NCBI GenBank assembly: GCA_965247095.1
Contig: OZ251997.1
Location: 480,001 to 544,000, forward strand
Reading direction: 5' to 3'
DNA: 64,000 nucleotides
Source of the DNA: Candidatus Multivorans sp.
Lineage (GTDB): Bacteria > Acidobacteriota > Thermoanaerobaculia > Multivoradales > Multivoraceae
The notes beneath the pieces are model-generated. The model ran no database searches, was not told the origin of the DNA, and saw only the letters and a list, made by a program, of their open reading frames with translations. Both the position numbers and the translations under genes were made by a program. Of the stretch, positions 51,091-60,600 are shown one piece after another; the stretch's first letter is position 1; the number at the start of each line of letters is the position of its first letter.

Positions 51091-53036
51091 AGCCCGAAGT
51101 TCTGGTGCCCAAGTCGTGAAACTCCTGCAATGACGGTGTTTTTTTGGAAATGGGTGTGTTGTGTACTGGGTACGGTTGGTCAAGGTCGGAGGTTGAGGAG
51201 GCTGAATGCCTCGGCCTGGAGGGGTGTTGGTCTGGCCAGGACATCCGCGGTGGCGTTCTCCTGGCCCTGCATTCGGACGCGATTTCGGGTCAGGGTGGCG
51301 AGGTCGGCGATCAGGGTCTGGAAGCTGTGGACGGGTAGTCCTTGCGGTGTGCGCTTGCCGCTCGCCTTGGGGCGGGCTGCGGGGGACCGGCGAGCCGGCT
51401 GTACGGGCGAGGAGCGTTCGTCCCTTGGGTCGTCGTCGTCGAAGAGCAAGGGAGCGAGAAGGCGTCGCATGTGCCACTCGACGTAGTAGGCGAGCATGCA
51501 CAGAAAGACGTGGGCTCGCACTCTGTCGGCCAGGCGATGGTGGACGGGCCGGACCTTGAGGTCGACGCTCTTGTAGCTGCGGAAGGCGCGCTCGACGCGG
51601 CTGAGGCTCTTGTAGGCCCGGACCGCCTCCGGCGCCGGGAGGTCGGCCTCGGCCACGTTGGTGCGGATGACGTAGAAGCCGTCGAGGGCGGCCTCTTCGG
51701 CGATCCGCGTCTGATTGCGGCAGTAGCGGAAGCCGTCTTCGTCGATCTCGGTGTCGAAGTGCTTGCCGACCTTGTGGGCGCGCAGGGCGCGGTCGGCGCG
51801 GGCGGCGATCTTGTCCTTGCCCCGCAGGGGGCGCTGTGGGCGCCTTGTCGCTTCGGCGACGGCCTCCAGCTTGCGCTCGGTGGCGTCGAGAAGCTCCTGG
51901 CGCTTGCGGCGCCGCCTGGTTGCCAGCAGCGGGTTCCGGCACACGATCAGCCGCTCTGCGGGGTACAGCTCGGGGGCGCTCAGTTCGGCCATGTCCCGTT
52001 CGTCGAAGATCGACAGTTGCAGGTGGCCCTGCTGCACCAGGGTGCGGATCGCGGGCGCGCGCAGGGCGGTGATCCACGACAGGCCGCCGGGTTCGAGGTC
52101 TTCGCGGATGCGGGCGCTGGTGAGCAGGCCCCGATCGCCGACCATGACCACGCGGTCGAGCGAGAAGCGCTCGTTGAGCTTCTGCACTTGGGCACTCAGC
52201 GTGCCGGGATCGGCGGTGTTGCCTTCGAAGACCTCGACCGCGACCGGGCATCCGTCCCGGTTGCAGAGCAGCGCGAAGACGATCTGGGGCTTGCCCGGCT
52301 TGCCGTCCTTGGAGTACCCGCGCCGGGCGAGGGCGCATTTCGCGCCCTCGAAGTAGACCGAGGTCACGTCGCACAAGACGAGGCAACCGTCTTTGAGGTG
52401 CTGTTCGGCCAGCCGTCGCTCGATGCGTTGCTGCCGTTTGAGCAGCCAATCCATGGCGGAGTAGAGCTCGTCGGCGCCCGCCTCCTCGACTCCGAGTTCC
52501 TCGCCGAGGGTGTGGGACGAGGTCTCGCTTGAGAGTCCGCGTGCGGTGGCGAGCTTGGAGCGAGGTTCGAGGATGCGGGCGATGATCATGGCGAGCGCGA
52601 GCGCCCGTTCGCGCGAGGGTCGGCGGTCGAGGAGTGTCTCGAGGCCGCGTCGTCGCGCGGCGCCGAGCGTGGCGGCGACATGACCGTGGGGCCTGGAGCG
52701 CAGGATTTCGAAGGCGGAGTCGAGGGAGGGCAGTGCGACGCCGCCCTTGAGGAGAGTGCGCAGGCCCTCGACGAGATGATCGGGCCACTTGGAGAGGTTG
52801 GCGAGTGTCCGTTTGCAGACTCTTCCGTGGTCTCGGTAGGACTCGCGCAGGAGCACGGCGGGTGGCGAGTTGCGGTTGGGTACGCGTTCGATGTACATGG
52901 CTTCTATTGTAGCTTCATCATGTCTCCATATCTACCACACTTGACCATACTACATGGGTACATTATGCGGCCCGAAAACCGTAAAACCCTAGGCGCGGCA
53001 ACGATCCGCGACACTCAGGCCCCAGAACTTCGGCTT
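51091..53036 (-). mobile_element. IS1634-family insertion sequence
   Basis: Terminal IRs (CT)AGCCCGAAGTTCTGG / CCAGAACTTCGGCTT(AG); AGCCT duplicated at 51086-51090 and 53037-53041; ends uncertain by about 2 bp. Confidence 0.88.
51180..52898 (-). CDS. IS1634-family DDE transposase
   Basis: MYIERVPNRNSPPAVLLRES, DVTSVYFEG, GYSKD, FEGNTAD, VGDRG, VERAFR, RVRAHVFLCMLAY. Confidence 0.93.
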   Translation of the reverse strand: MYIERVPNRNSPPAVLLRESYRDHGRVCKRTLANLSKWPDHLVEGLRTLLKGGVALPSLDSAFEILRSRPHGHVAATLGAARRRGLETLLDRRPSRERALALAMIIARILEPRSKLATARGLSSETSSHTLGEELGVEEAGADELYSAMDWLLKRQQRIERRLAEQHLKDGCLVLCDVTSVYFEGAKCALARRGYSKDGKPGKPQIVFALLCNRDGCPVAVEVFEGNTADPGTLSAQVQKLNERFSLDRVVMVGDRGLLTSARIREDLEPGGLSWITALRAPAIRTLVQQGHLQLSIFDERDMAELSAPELYPAERLIVCRNPLLATRRRRKRQELLDATERKLEAVAEATRRPQRPLRGKDKIAARADRALRAHKVGKHFDTEIDEDGFRYCRNQTRIAEEAALDGFYVIRTNVAEADLPAPEAVRAYKSLSRVERAFRSYKSVDLKVRPVHHRLADRVRAHVFLCMLAYYVEWHMRRLLAPLLFDDDDPRDERSSPVQPARRSPAARPKASGKRTPQGLPVHSFQTLIADLATLTRNRVRMQGQENATADVLARPTPLQAEAFSLLNLRP

Positions 53037-53490
53037 AGCCTGACGCTGCCGGGGCGTCCGCGTGCAACGACAGCCGCTCTCGGGCTTGGAGAATGGCCAG
53101 GAGCGGCGTGCGAGGCCGCAGGTGGGCGTAGGACTGGGGAGGGCGAAAGTTGCACTCGGCGTTCTGAAGCGGAAGTGGGCTTCGCAGTCTCCGCACGTCC
53201 ACAAGTGCGATGGCCGAGATGGAGTCCCGGCCGCCGACGTAGGCGTTGAACTCGGGCCGGTCGATACCGACTCTGTCTCCCGATCGCCGCCAGACTTCTT
53301 CCGGGCTGGCACAGCGCACCGCTTGCACGGTGGCCGTGGCGACGATCTGGTGCCAAGGGCTCGTCGCGTAGAACCAGATTCTGGTGCCGGGAGGCAGGCG
53401 AACGTTGCGCCTTCGGATCTCTACGCTCTTCGTTCCCGAGAGCAGCATCTTCACGTACTTGGGTTTGATCGCCATCAGGACGTCGCTCAC
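53035..53490 (-). CDS. ASCH/PUA-like domain protein (3' end clipped by IS)
   Basis: LMAIKPKY..LLSGTKSVEIRR, FYATSP, PPQSYAHL; the current TAA stop is formed at the IS end. Confidence 0.82.
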   Translation of the reverse strand: MSDVLMAIKPKYVKMLLSGTKSVEIRRRNVRLPPGTRIWFYATSPWHQIVATATVQAVRCASPEEVWRRSGDRVGIDRPEFNAYVGGRDSISAIALVDVRRLRSPLPLQNAECNFRPPQSYAHLRPRTPLLAILQARERLSLHADAPAASG

Positions 53491-53591
53491 TTCTCGGGTC
53501 CCTCTTAGGCCGTGGGTGACGACTAGCTGCCGTGCTGGTGGCGATCTGTTGGGTTCCAGGTCGTTTCTTCGGGTTGCAACGCGCGTGGACT

Positions 53592-55853
53592 TCAAAGCCC
53601 ACGGATCGCCTTCCAGAACTCGCGTAGTGCCGGGTTCGTTGTCCCGCCCTCGCCCTCGGCGATGATCCTGGGCGGGTAGGCGAGTCTTCGGAGCTTGCCG
53701 TCGGGCCCACTCTTCTGTGTCTTCTTGTCTTCCAGCAGTCCGTGGTCGCGCAGGAGGTTTTCGAGAGCCCACCAGCACGGGTTGGTAGAGATGCCGCGCT
53801 GCTTGAGCATGCCCTCGGAGAGGTAGTACATTCTCTCGGAAACATGAAGCAGCTTATGCAGAAGTTCGATCGTTTCCTCTGCCTGCTCGCTGTACTGGGG
53901 TTGCGTCGGCGGCTCTTCGGCGGGTATCGGCATTCCAATCTTCTCGCAGATGGCGGCCATCCTGGCGGGGTCGTACTCCGTCCGGCCGTCGCGGTGCGCA
54001 AGTCCATAGAGGTCGACTCCGATCTCGAGGCGAAGCCCGCTAAGCCTGGTGGTCGAAACGTCGACCCTTAGTCCGGTGAATGTGGATTTTGTCGAGGCCT
54101 GGAAGGACCAGTCGGCGCCCCGAAAGTCCGTGTCCACGAAGTCGCAGTTCTCGACGTGCACGTTCCGCTGGACGGTATCGCGGAAGTTCGAGCCCGTGAA
54201 TGACGCCTCGAACAAGTGAGGATCAGGTGTCCGCTCGTGCTTGCACAGGAGCGCCGCGTACAGCGTACCGGCGTTCTCTCGATTCGTCTCGCGGGTCGGA
54301 ACCGGTACACGGCGGGCGGAAAGAGCGTCCAGGACCGAGGCAAGGAAGTCGGGCCCCTCTTCTTCGACATGCTCGGCGAACTCGGCTGCGACCGTGGGAC
54401 TCACCTGGGAACGCCCGAGAAGGCCGGCGACGTCTTCCTGACGGGCGAGTCGCTCGGCGAGGAAGCGGGCGACGAAGAAGGCGTAGTAGTACTCGTGGGA
54501 GAAGGCGAGCATGCGCGGACCGTTCGTGTGGGAGGATCCGTTCTGCGTCGCCAGGAAGGCGTAGGACGAGGCGCGGGAGATGAAGGCGCGAAGGTCGGGC
54601 CCGGTCATTCCAACCTCGTCGGCAAAGAGCTCGGCGATGGTGTCCAAAGAAGCCTTGTCGAGTTCTCGCCTTTCCTGCCACCACATCTCTTCGGCCAGCA
54701 TGCGCAGGAATTGCCAGTGGTTCTCCTCGGTGAGGATGGGCTGGTCCTTGGCATTGAGGAACTTGCCCACCTCGCGCCGGACGAAGCTGTCGATGATGCT
54801 GCGAATGGGCCGGTCGCCGTCGGCGAAGCCGGCGGACTCGCGAGCGGTTTCCACGGCGGCAGCCAGGAAGAACGGAGTGGAGAAGAGCTGTGCGCTCCCG
54901 TTCCCGGAGAAGGTGCTCTCGAGCTCCTCCAGAGCCTGGTCGGGTGACGCGGCTCCGAGCGTCTGGTATTGGTCGTCCTTCTTCAGATAGGTGCACATCT
55001 CCCGTTTCGTCCACGGCTGGAGCTCTACGGGAACGATTGCGAAGCTGGCATCGCTCGACGTGAACCGGTCGGCGCTCGCTCGGATCCGGCCGAAGTCGAA
55101 GTAGGTGGAACGTGCGGAAGCGATGGTTGCCCCGCGGCCGTCCAGGCGTGCGAGGAATTGAGTCAGTGCGTCGATCGCCTCGCCTCCTCCTCCCGCACCC
55201 AGGAGTTCGTCGAAGCCGTCGATGATCGGAACGATGAGCCGGTGCTTCGTGAGAGTGGCCAGTGCCCGGTACGTGAAGCGGGCGTTCAGGTCCTGAAGGA
55301 GGAGTGCCACAGCGTCGTCGAGACGCGCGAGATAGCGGGCCTGGGCATCGATGTAGAGGTAGAGGAAATCCGCGTTGTGATTCAGATACGCGTCGGCCTG
55401 ACGGTGTGCCAGGTGTCGAAGAACCACCGTCTTTCCGGCTCCGGCGGCACCGCGCAAGAACACGACGCGAGTTGCGCCGTGGGGGACGTCCGCGAGGAGA
55501 CTCTCTATGACATTCCTGGCCGAACCTTCGCCTTCGTCGGAATCCGCCGTCGTGGCCCTTGGTTCGATGTATTTGCTGTTCTCGACATCACATGCAAAGA
55601 AGATCGACTCTGCCAGAGCGGTCAGGTTCGCCATCTCCTCGGACGCCAGGAAGGCATGGTAGGCCATTCTTGAACCGTTGAGCTGAACCTCCGGGTACAT
55701 GCCGGAGCTTTGGAGGAACGTCGCTTCGTAACTCGTGCTCTGCCGGGTCCAGATTGCGGTTCCCGGTGGGAGCGCTACGCGAGAGTGCGTGTCCGCGAAC
55801 GATGCAAGATCGGCTCGAATCTCGGCCAGCAGTCGTTCACTGAGCGTTGTCAT
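53592..55853 (-). CDS. NACHT/STAND NTPase with C-terminal pentapeptide-like repeats
   Basis: Walker A GAAGAGKT, Walker B IIDGFDE, ASAR, TPFFL, winged-helix FSHEYYYAFF; C-terminal ASFTGSNFRD/CDFVDTDFRGADW. Confidence 0.8.
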   Translation of the reverse strand: MTTLSERLLAEIRADLASFADTHSRVALPPGTAIWTRQSTSYEATFLQSSGMYPEVQLNGSRMAYHAFLASEEMANLTALAESIFFACDVENSKYIEPRATTADSDEGEGSARNVIESLLADVPHGATRVVFLRGAAGAGKTVVLRHLAHRQADAYLNHNADFLYLYIDAQARYLARLDDAVALLLQDLNARFTYRALATLTKHRLIVPIIDGFDELLGAGGGGEAIDALTQFLARLDGRGATIASARSTYFDFGRIRASADRFTSSDASFAIVPVELQPWTKREMCTYLKKDDQYQTLGAASPDQALEELESTFSGNGSAQLFSTPFFLAAAVETARESAGFADGDRPIRSIIDSFVRREVGKFLNAKDQPILTEENHWQFLRMLAEEMWWQERRELDKASLDTIAELFADEVGMTGPDLRAFISRASSYAFLATQNGSSHTNGPRMLAFSHEYYYAFFVARFLAERLARQEDVAGLLGRSQVSPTVAAEFAEHVEEEGPDFLASVLDALSARRVPVPTRETNRENAGTLYAALLCKHERTPDPHLFEASFTGSNFRDTVQRNVHVENCDFVDTDFRGADWSFQASTKSTFTGLRVDVSTTRLSGLRLEIGVDLYGLAHRDGRTEYDPARMAAICEKIGMPIPAEEPPTQPQYSEQAEETIELLHKLLHVSERMYYLSEGMLKQRGISTNPCWWALENLLRDHGLLEDKKTQKSGPDGKLRRLAYPPRIIAEGEGGTTNPALREFWKAIRGL

Positions 55854-56587
55854 GGCGGGCCACCCAAGGCCAGGTACTCAACAGACATTTGAGAAAGAAG
55901 GTCGGCGTAGGAGCTCGGATACGTGCGGTCTATCGTAACGAGAAGCAGTCGGCTGTGGTCGGCAGCTCCCGCCATCAGGCCGGGCAAGATGTCGTCGTCG
56001 TTGGAGACGACGGCTACCCAGTCGGCCGCATGGTGGCGGGCAAAGTGTATCGTGTCGGCGACGATAGCCGTGTCCACGAGTTTCTGACGCTCCGCGACGA
56101 TGGCCTCGCGCGACGTGACCCCGCAGTCCGGGCGCATGGGGCATCGGTTGCGCTGCCAGTGTCTGAGATCGTCGAGAGGGCAATCGTCAGGATGGCGACA
56201 GTTGCTTGGGCGGTCGACCCTGAGAGCGGGAAGACCGGACCAGAGCCTGAGGGTGTGGCTCAGGTCATGGTCCGGCAGGGCCATGAGTGAATCGGCCATG
56301 CGGACGAAGACGCGGGAGGGTGGTCCTCCGGTCGGGTAGTAGCGTCGCGCGATGGCGCCTAACGCCTGCCTCGCCTCGGTGTGGTCGTTGGTTCTCTCGT
56401 CGTGCCAGCCGCCGTAAAGGCGGATGCGTAGGGACTCTGGCGGAGGCTGCAGTCTGCGGATCTCGCGTAGTAGCAGCGAGATGATTCCATCGAGAGCTTC
56501 GCTGTGGTCCCGGAACTTGGGACGACGGCCTCTCGGCAGGGCGGCGACGTTGAAATAGTCGACGAGGGCGTGGGCGGTGCGTGGCAT
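55850..56587 (-). CDS. NYN/LabA-like (PIN-fold) nuclease with Cys-rich insert
   Basis: LVDYFN, RLYGGW, QKLVDTAIVAD, VVSNDDDILP acidic motifs; C..C...CP...C cluster; ATGA overlap with the NACHT gene. Confidence 0.78.
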   Translation of the reverse strand: MPRTAHALVDYFNVAALPRGRRPKFRDHSEALDGIISLLLREIRRLQPPPESLRIRLYGGWHDERTNDHTEARQALGAIARRYYPTGGPPSRVFVRMADSLMALPDHDLSHTLRLWSGLPALRVDRPSNCRHPDDCPLDDLRHWQRNRCPMRPDCGVTSREAIVAERQKLVDTAIVADTIHFARHHAADWVAVVSNDDDILPGLMAGAADHSRLLLVTIDRTYPSSYADLLSQMSVEYLALGGPP

Positions 56588-56848
56588 GGGGGTTCGGTGG
56601 CGGGCGTCGGCCCGCGTGATGGAGGTGACGTGCGGCAAGGGGGTGAGCCGGCGCAGTCGGCAAGGGCTGGATCCGCTCGCTGCCGACTCGCTTGGTCAGG
56701 TCAGCCGAGGGACGTGGACGGTACCACGCCACGGGGCCCGTGATGCCGGCTTCGCAAGACGTGCCAGCCCAAGCGTGCCCGGCGATGGTCACTCCAGCCG
56801 CATCGGCAGCAGCCTGGTAGCGGGCGACTGCGGCTTCGGTGGGAGTGG

Positions 56849-57607
56849 TCAGGAGCCGTACGGAAACTCCGAGTTGGGAAAATGCTGCGCCCACAACGAG
56901 GCCGCTAATCCACGCCAGAATCGTAGGACGGCGTCGGACCAGTCGGCCAGGTCCGTTTCGGTTACATAGAGTTCGCCGCCGCCCAACGGTGCGAAGGCTA
57001 GGTGGGATGCTTGCATAGCCGCTGCTCGCCGCTGCTCGTCGACGGACGCCCCTTCTGCGGTGCTCAGCTCAAACACGAAGAGATCCGGCCTTAGCGCTGC
57101 GAGTCCGAGGGCCGATTTGCCAGAGCCGTGCTTGATGGTGTTCGCAGCGAGTCTGAGTTCCTTGAGCTTCGCTGCACCCGGCAGAGCAGTTGGAACCACT
57201 TTGGAGCCCAGCAGGCTGTAGTTCAAGGCCTTCCAGCTATACTCCGTTCCCGTTCGTGCCTCGCAGGTCTGATAGAAGAGGCTCTTCTGCTGCTGCTCGA
57301 ACAGGTGCTGCAGGCCGACTGCGAGCACGTTCAATACGCTTTGGCGGATAGCGAACATCGTTTCACCGTATTCGTTGCCATAGTCCGTCGCCCGCTCAGC
57401 CAGGTCGCCGAGGTCACCGTCGTGGTCAGGCCCGGCCGGCTGGGCGCAAAGGCGCTCGAACTCTGCGTCTGTGGCAGCCTCCGCTTCCTGCTCAAGGTTC
57501 TCGAAGACAGGGGGTATTTTCCTCAGAGCGGCTGCGCGGTAGGCCTGGACCGGAGGGACGTAGAACATGGGAATGTGGTGAGCCAGCCAGGCCGTGTCCA
57601 TGAACAT
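56849..57607 (-). CDS. Hypothetical all-helical protein, HEPN-like
   Basis: 252 aa; HLFEQQ early Glu and ELRLAANTIKHG (R/N..xxH) motif. Confidence 0.55.
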   Translation of the reverse strand: MFMDTAWLAHHIPMFYVPPVQAYRAAALRKIPPVFENLEQEAEAATDAEFERLCAQPAGPDHDGDLGDLAERATDYGNEYGETMFAIRQSVLNVLAVGLQHLFEQQQKSLFYQTCEARTGTEYSWKALNYSLLGSKVVPTALPGAAKLKELRLAANTIKHGSGKSALGLAALRPDLFVFELSTAEGASVDEQRRAAAMQASHLAFAPLGGGELYVTETDLADWSDAVLRFWRGLAASLWAQHFPNSEFPYGS

Positions 57608-57669
57608 AGAGCGAGTTCCTATACGTGGGTTCGTCGGCGTCCGGAATGTTCACGGCGGCGGCGAACGGG

Positions 57670-60600
57670 TCATGCCTGGTTGAGCTGCCCTTCCGCCTCG
57701 GCTCGCCGGGCGTTGAGCTCCAGGAGCCGGGCTAGGACTTCGTCACGGACTTCGTCGGGCCAGCGGTAGCGGTAGGGCTTCTTCTTGTTGCCCCAGGTGT
57801 CTTCGTCGATCTCGTGGTCGAGGATGAACTTGCAGGCGGTCGGGATGTCGGTCCAGCCGTAGGCGTCGAGGACGGCGCGGTCCATGGCGGCGTGGAGGTC
57901 GCGGAGCTTCTGGATGGCGGGGCTGGTTTGGCCTCGGTCGTGGAAGCGGTTGTAGGTCTTGGTCAGGCCCTCGTCGTTCTCGATCATCAGGGCGGCGCGG
58001 TAGTCGTAGTAGGCCTTGCCGGCGGCTTCGAGGGCGGCGTGGGTCTCCCAAGCTTGGGGGAAGGGGAAGGTTTCGAAGCAGTCGGAGGGCGTGTACCGCA
58101 AGTCGTCTTTCATTGAAGAGCCGAAGAACCGGGCCCAGAGTTCGTGGGGGCGGGCCTGGAGGGCGCAGAGCGCGGCGTTGGTCGGGAGGGGAAAGATGAT
58201 GAGAGTCTCCGCGTAGACCATTCCGTTGGGTAGGTAAGTAGAGGCTGCGTGCTGACCGACTCGGGCGATCGCGAGGACGCGGTCCAGGTCGGCGATGGCG
58301 GCGTACAGAGCGGGTTGGCGGTCGCCGTAGTACCACCATCGGTTGCGGCGCGAGGCTCGCTTCGACTTGGAGCGTTCTGGCTTGACCCTCTCCTCGACGA
58401 TCGCGAGCAAGTCCGGCCAGTCCGCCGCGACCGGACTCGGATAGTCGACCGGCACGACGCCTCTTCGTAGCCATTCGCGGCGCATCTCGCTCGAGGCCCC
58501 GTTCCACCGTTCCGCGCCGTCTTCGCGGCGTAGCGGATAGTCCCGGAAGTTGATGACGTACCGATGATGAGCGTGAGTCGGACTAGCGTTGACCTCAGCG
58601 CCGCCGATGTACGGGAAGATCGCCTCCCGGTTGTGCGGATCGTCCTCGATCAGCCGTTCCATCTCGGCCAGAGGCGTCGCGACCCCTTTCTTGTCCGTGT
58701 CGTCGAACGTGAAGCCCATGCCGAGGACGTAGCTGCCGACGAAGCTCTTGCCGTCGTTCTCTGCGAGCCGCTCCGGGTCCTCGTGGCCGCCACTGTGGAA
58801 CAGGAAGGCGGTGATGGTCGGCTTCGGGACGCCGTCAAGCAGCCTCGCGCTGGTCCAAGGGCCACGGTGGATATGGAGAACACTGACGATGACCGCCGCG
58901 AGTCCGGGCCACTCGACACGCCGCCGCGCCCGGTAGATCGCTCCGCCGTGCTCGCAGATGTAGCGCAGGCCCGTGGCGCGGGTGTCCCCCTGGGCGATCG
59001 TGTTGGTGGCGATCAGGCCGAAGGCGCCGTTCTCACGGAGCAGATTGAAGGCGCGCCGGAAGAAGTGGGCGACCAGATCGGCGTTGCCGTGGCTCTTTTC
59101 GTGAACTTGCTGGAGCCAGTCCTTGTAGCCAGATACGTTGGCGTTGCCGATCGTGTTCTTGCCCGCGAACGGCGGGTTGCCGACGATCCCGTCAAAGCCG
59201 GGATTCTCACGCTCTCCGGGAAGGAACACTTCCGGGAACTCGATCTTCCAGTGGAACGGCGCCAGCGGGGGATTCGCCTTCCGCAGGTCGTCCAGCCAAC
59301 CGGCGTAGGCGTGGGCGCCTGGAGGGGTTGCCTCGTCTCGCGGAGGCGGCTGCAAGGCTTGGGCGAACTGCCGGCGCAACTCCTCCCGCTCCTTCGGTTT
59401 CTTGCCCTCGAAGAACGCGGCCACAGCCAGATCTCCGTGCGTCTTCACCCGCGCCAGATCATGCTCCGCTTCGTCGAGCCGATCCCGCAGTTCCTTATCG
59501 GGCGTCTCCTCGCCGGCGTCCTGGATCTCACGCCGCAGTCGGAGCGCCTTCTGGACCTGATCGCGGATCCACGTCGTTTCGATGCCAGCCTGGAAGCGCT
59601 TCTGGCTGCCCTCCCAGTGGAAGGCCTGAATCTGCTCCAGGGTGAGCCCTACGAGCGAGTCGCCGTGGCGGAAGGCATGGTCGAGGAAGGTCAACGGGTG
59701 GTCCCTTGCCAGGGTGGCGAGCCACAGGGACAGCTTCGCCAGGTCGACCGCGACCGGATTCCGGTCGACGCCGTAGAGGCAGTTGCGGGCAATGAGACGG
59801 CGGGCGTGGACGGTCTCGTCGCTGTCGGGCGGGATGTTCGGCGTGGCGTCGTAGTAGCGCCACGACTCGACCAGGACGTCGCCGAGTTGGCGGCAGGCTT
59901 CGACCAGGAAGGCGCCGGAGCCCATGGCCGGGTCGCAGATGCAGAGGTCGAGGATCTGTTCCGGGCGGGGCACGGGAGGCGTCGGCGACTCGCCGGATGC
60001 GGGGCGGGACGCCCGCGTGCCATCCGTGCGCCCGATGACGGGCGCTCGGAGTGGTTCGCGGGTGGCGCGGATCGCGCCACCCGGGTTCCCAGGGGTGACG
60101 CTTCCCATGTGGGCAGCCTCTCTTCGCAACCGATCCAGGATCGATTCCAGGGTGTCGCGGACGATCGGGCCGGTGAGCGACCTGGGCGTGTAGTGAGAGC
60201 CGGAACGCCGGCGTTCTTCGCTGGGCTGGAGGATCAGGTCGTCGCGCCGCGCCAGATCGGGCGTGGCGTCGCGGTCGATGACCGAGTCGAGGGCGGCGTG
60301 GAGTTCGTCGAGCGTGGCCGCGTCGTGGACCGCCTTCGCGGCTTTCCCGGTCAGGTTGCGGTCGGTCCGTTGCTTGGTCCATCGCACTCGGCTGCCGGCG
60401 GGCTCGGCGAGCAGTTCCTCCAGGTTCACGGTCGCTGGCGCGCCGTGCTTCTTGGCCGCCTTGATCGCCGCGGACCGCCCCCCGGCGCGTTCGAGCTGGA
60501 AGCCCATCATCGTCTCGTAGACGGCGCCGATCTGCTCGACGTCCAGGGCGCGGTAGGAGAGGCGCTCGCCGTCGAGGACGAGGAGCTTCTCCAGCGCACG

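Noticed and set aside
56265-56894. 209-aa minus-strand ORF bridging the HEPN-like and NYN genes
   Set aside because: It overlaps the NYN gene in another frame, and its unique part has no recognisable motif.
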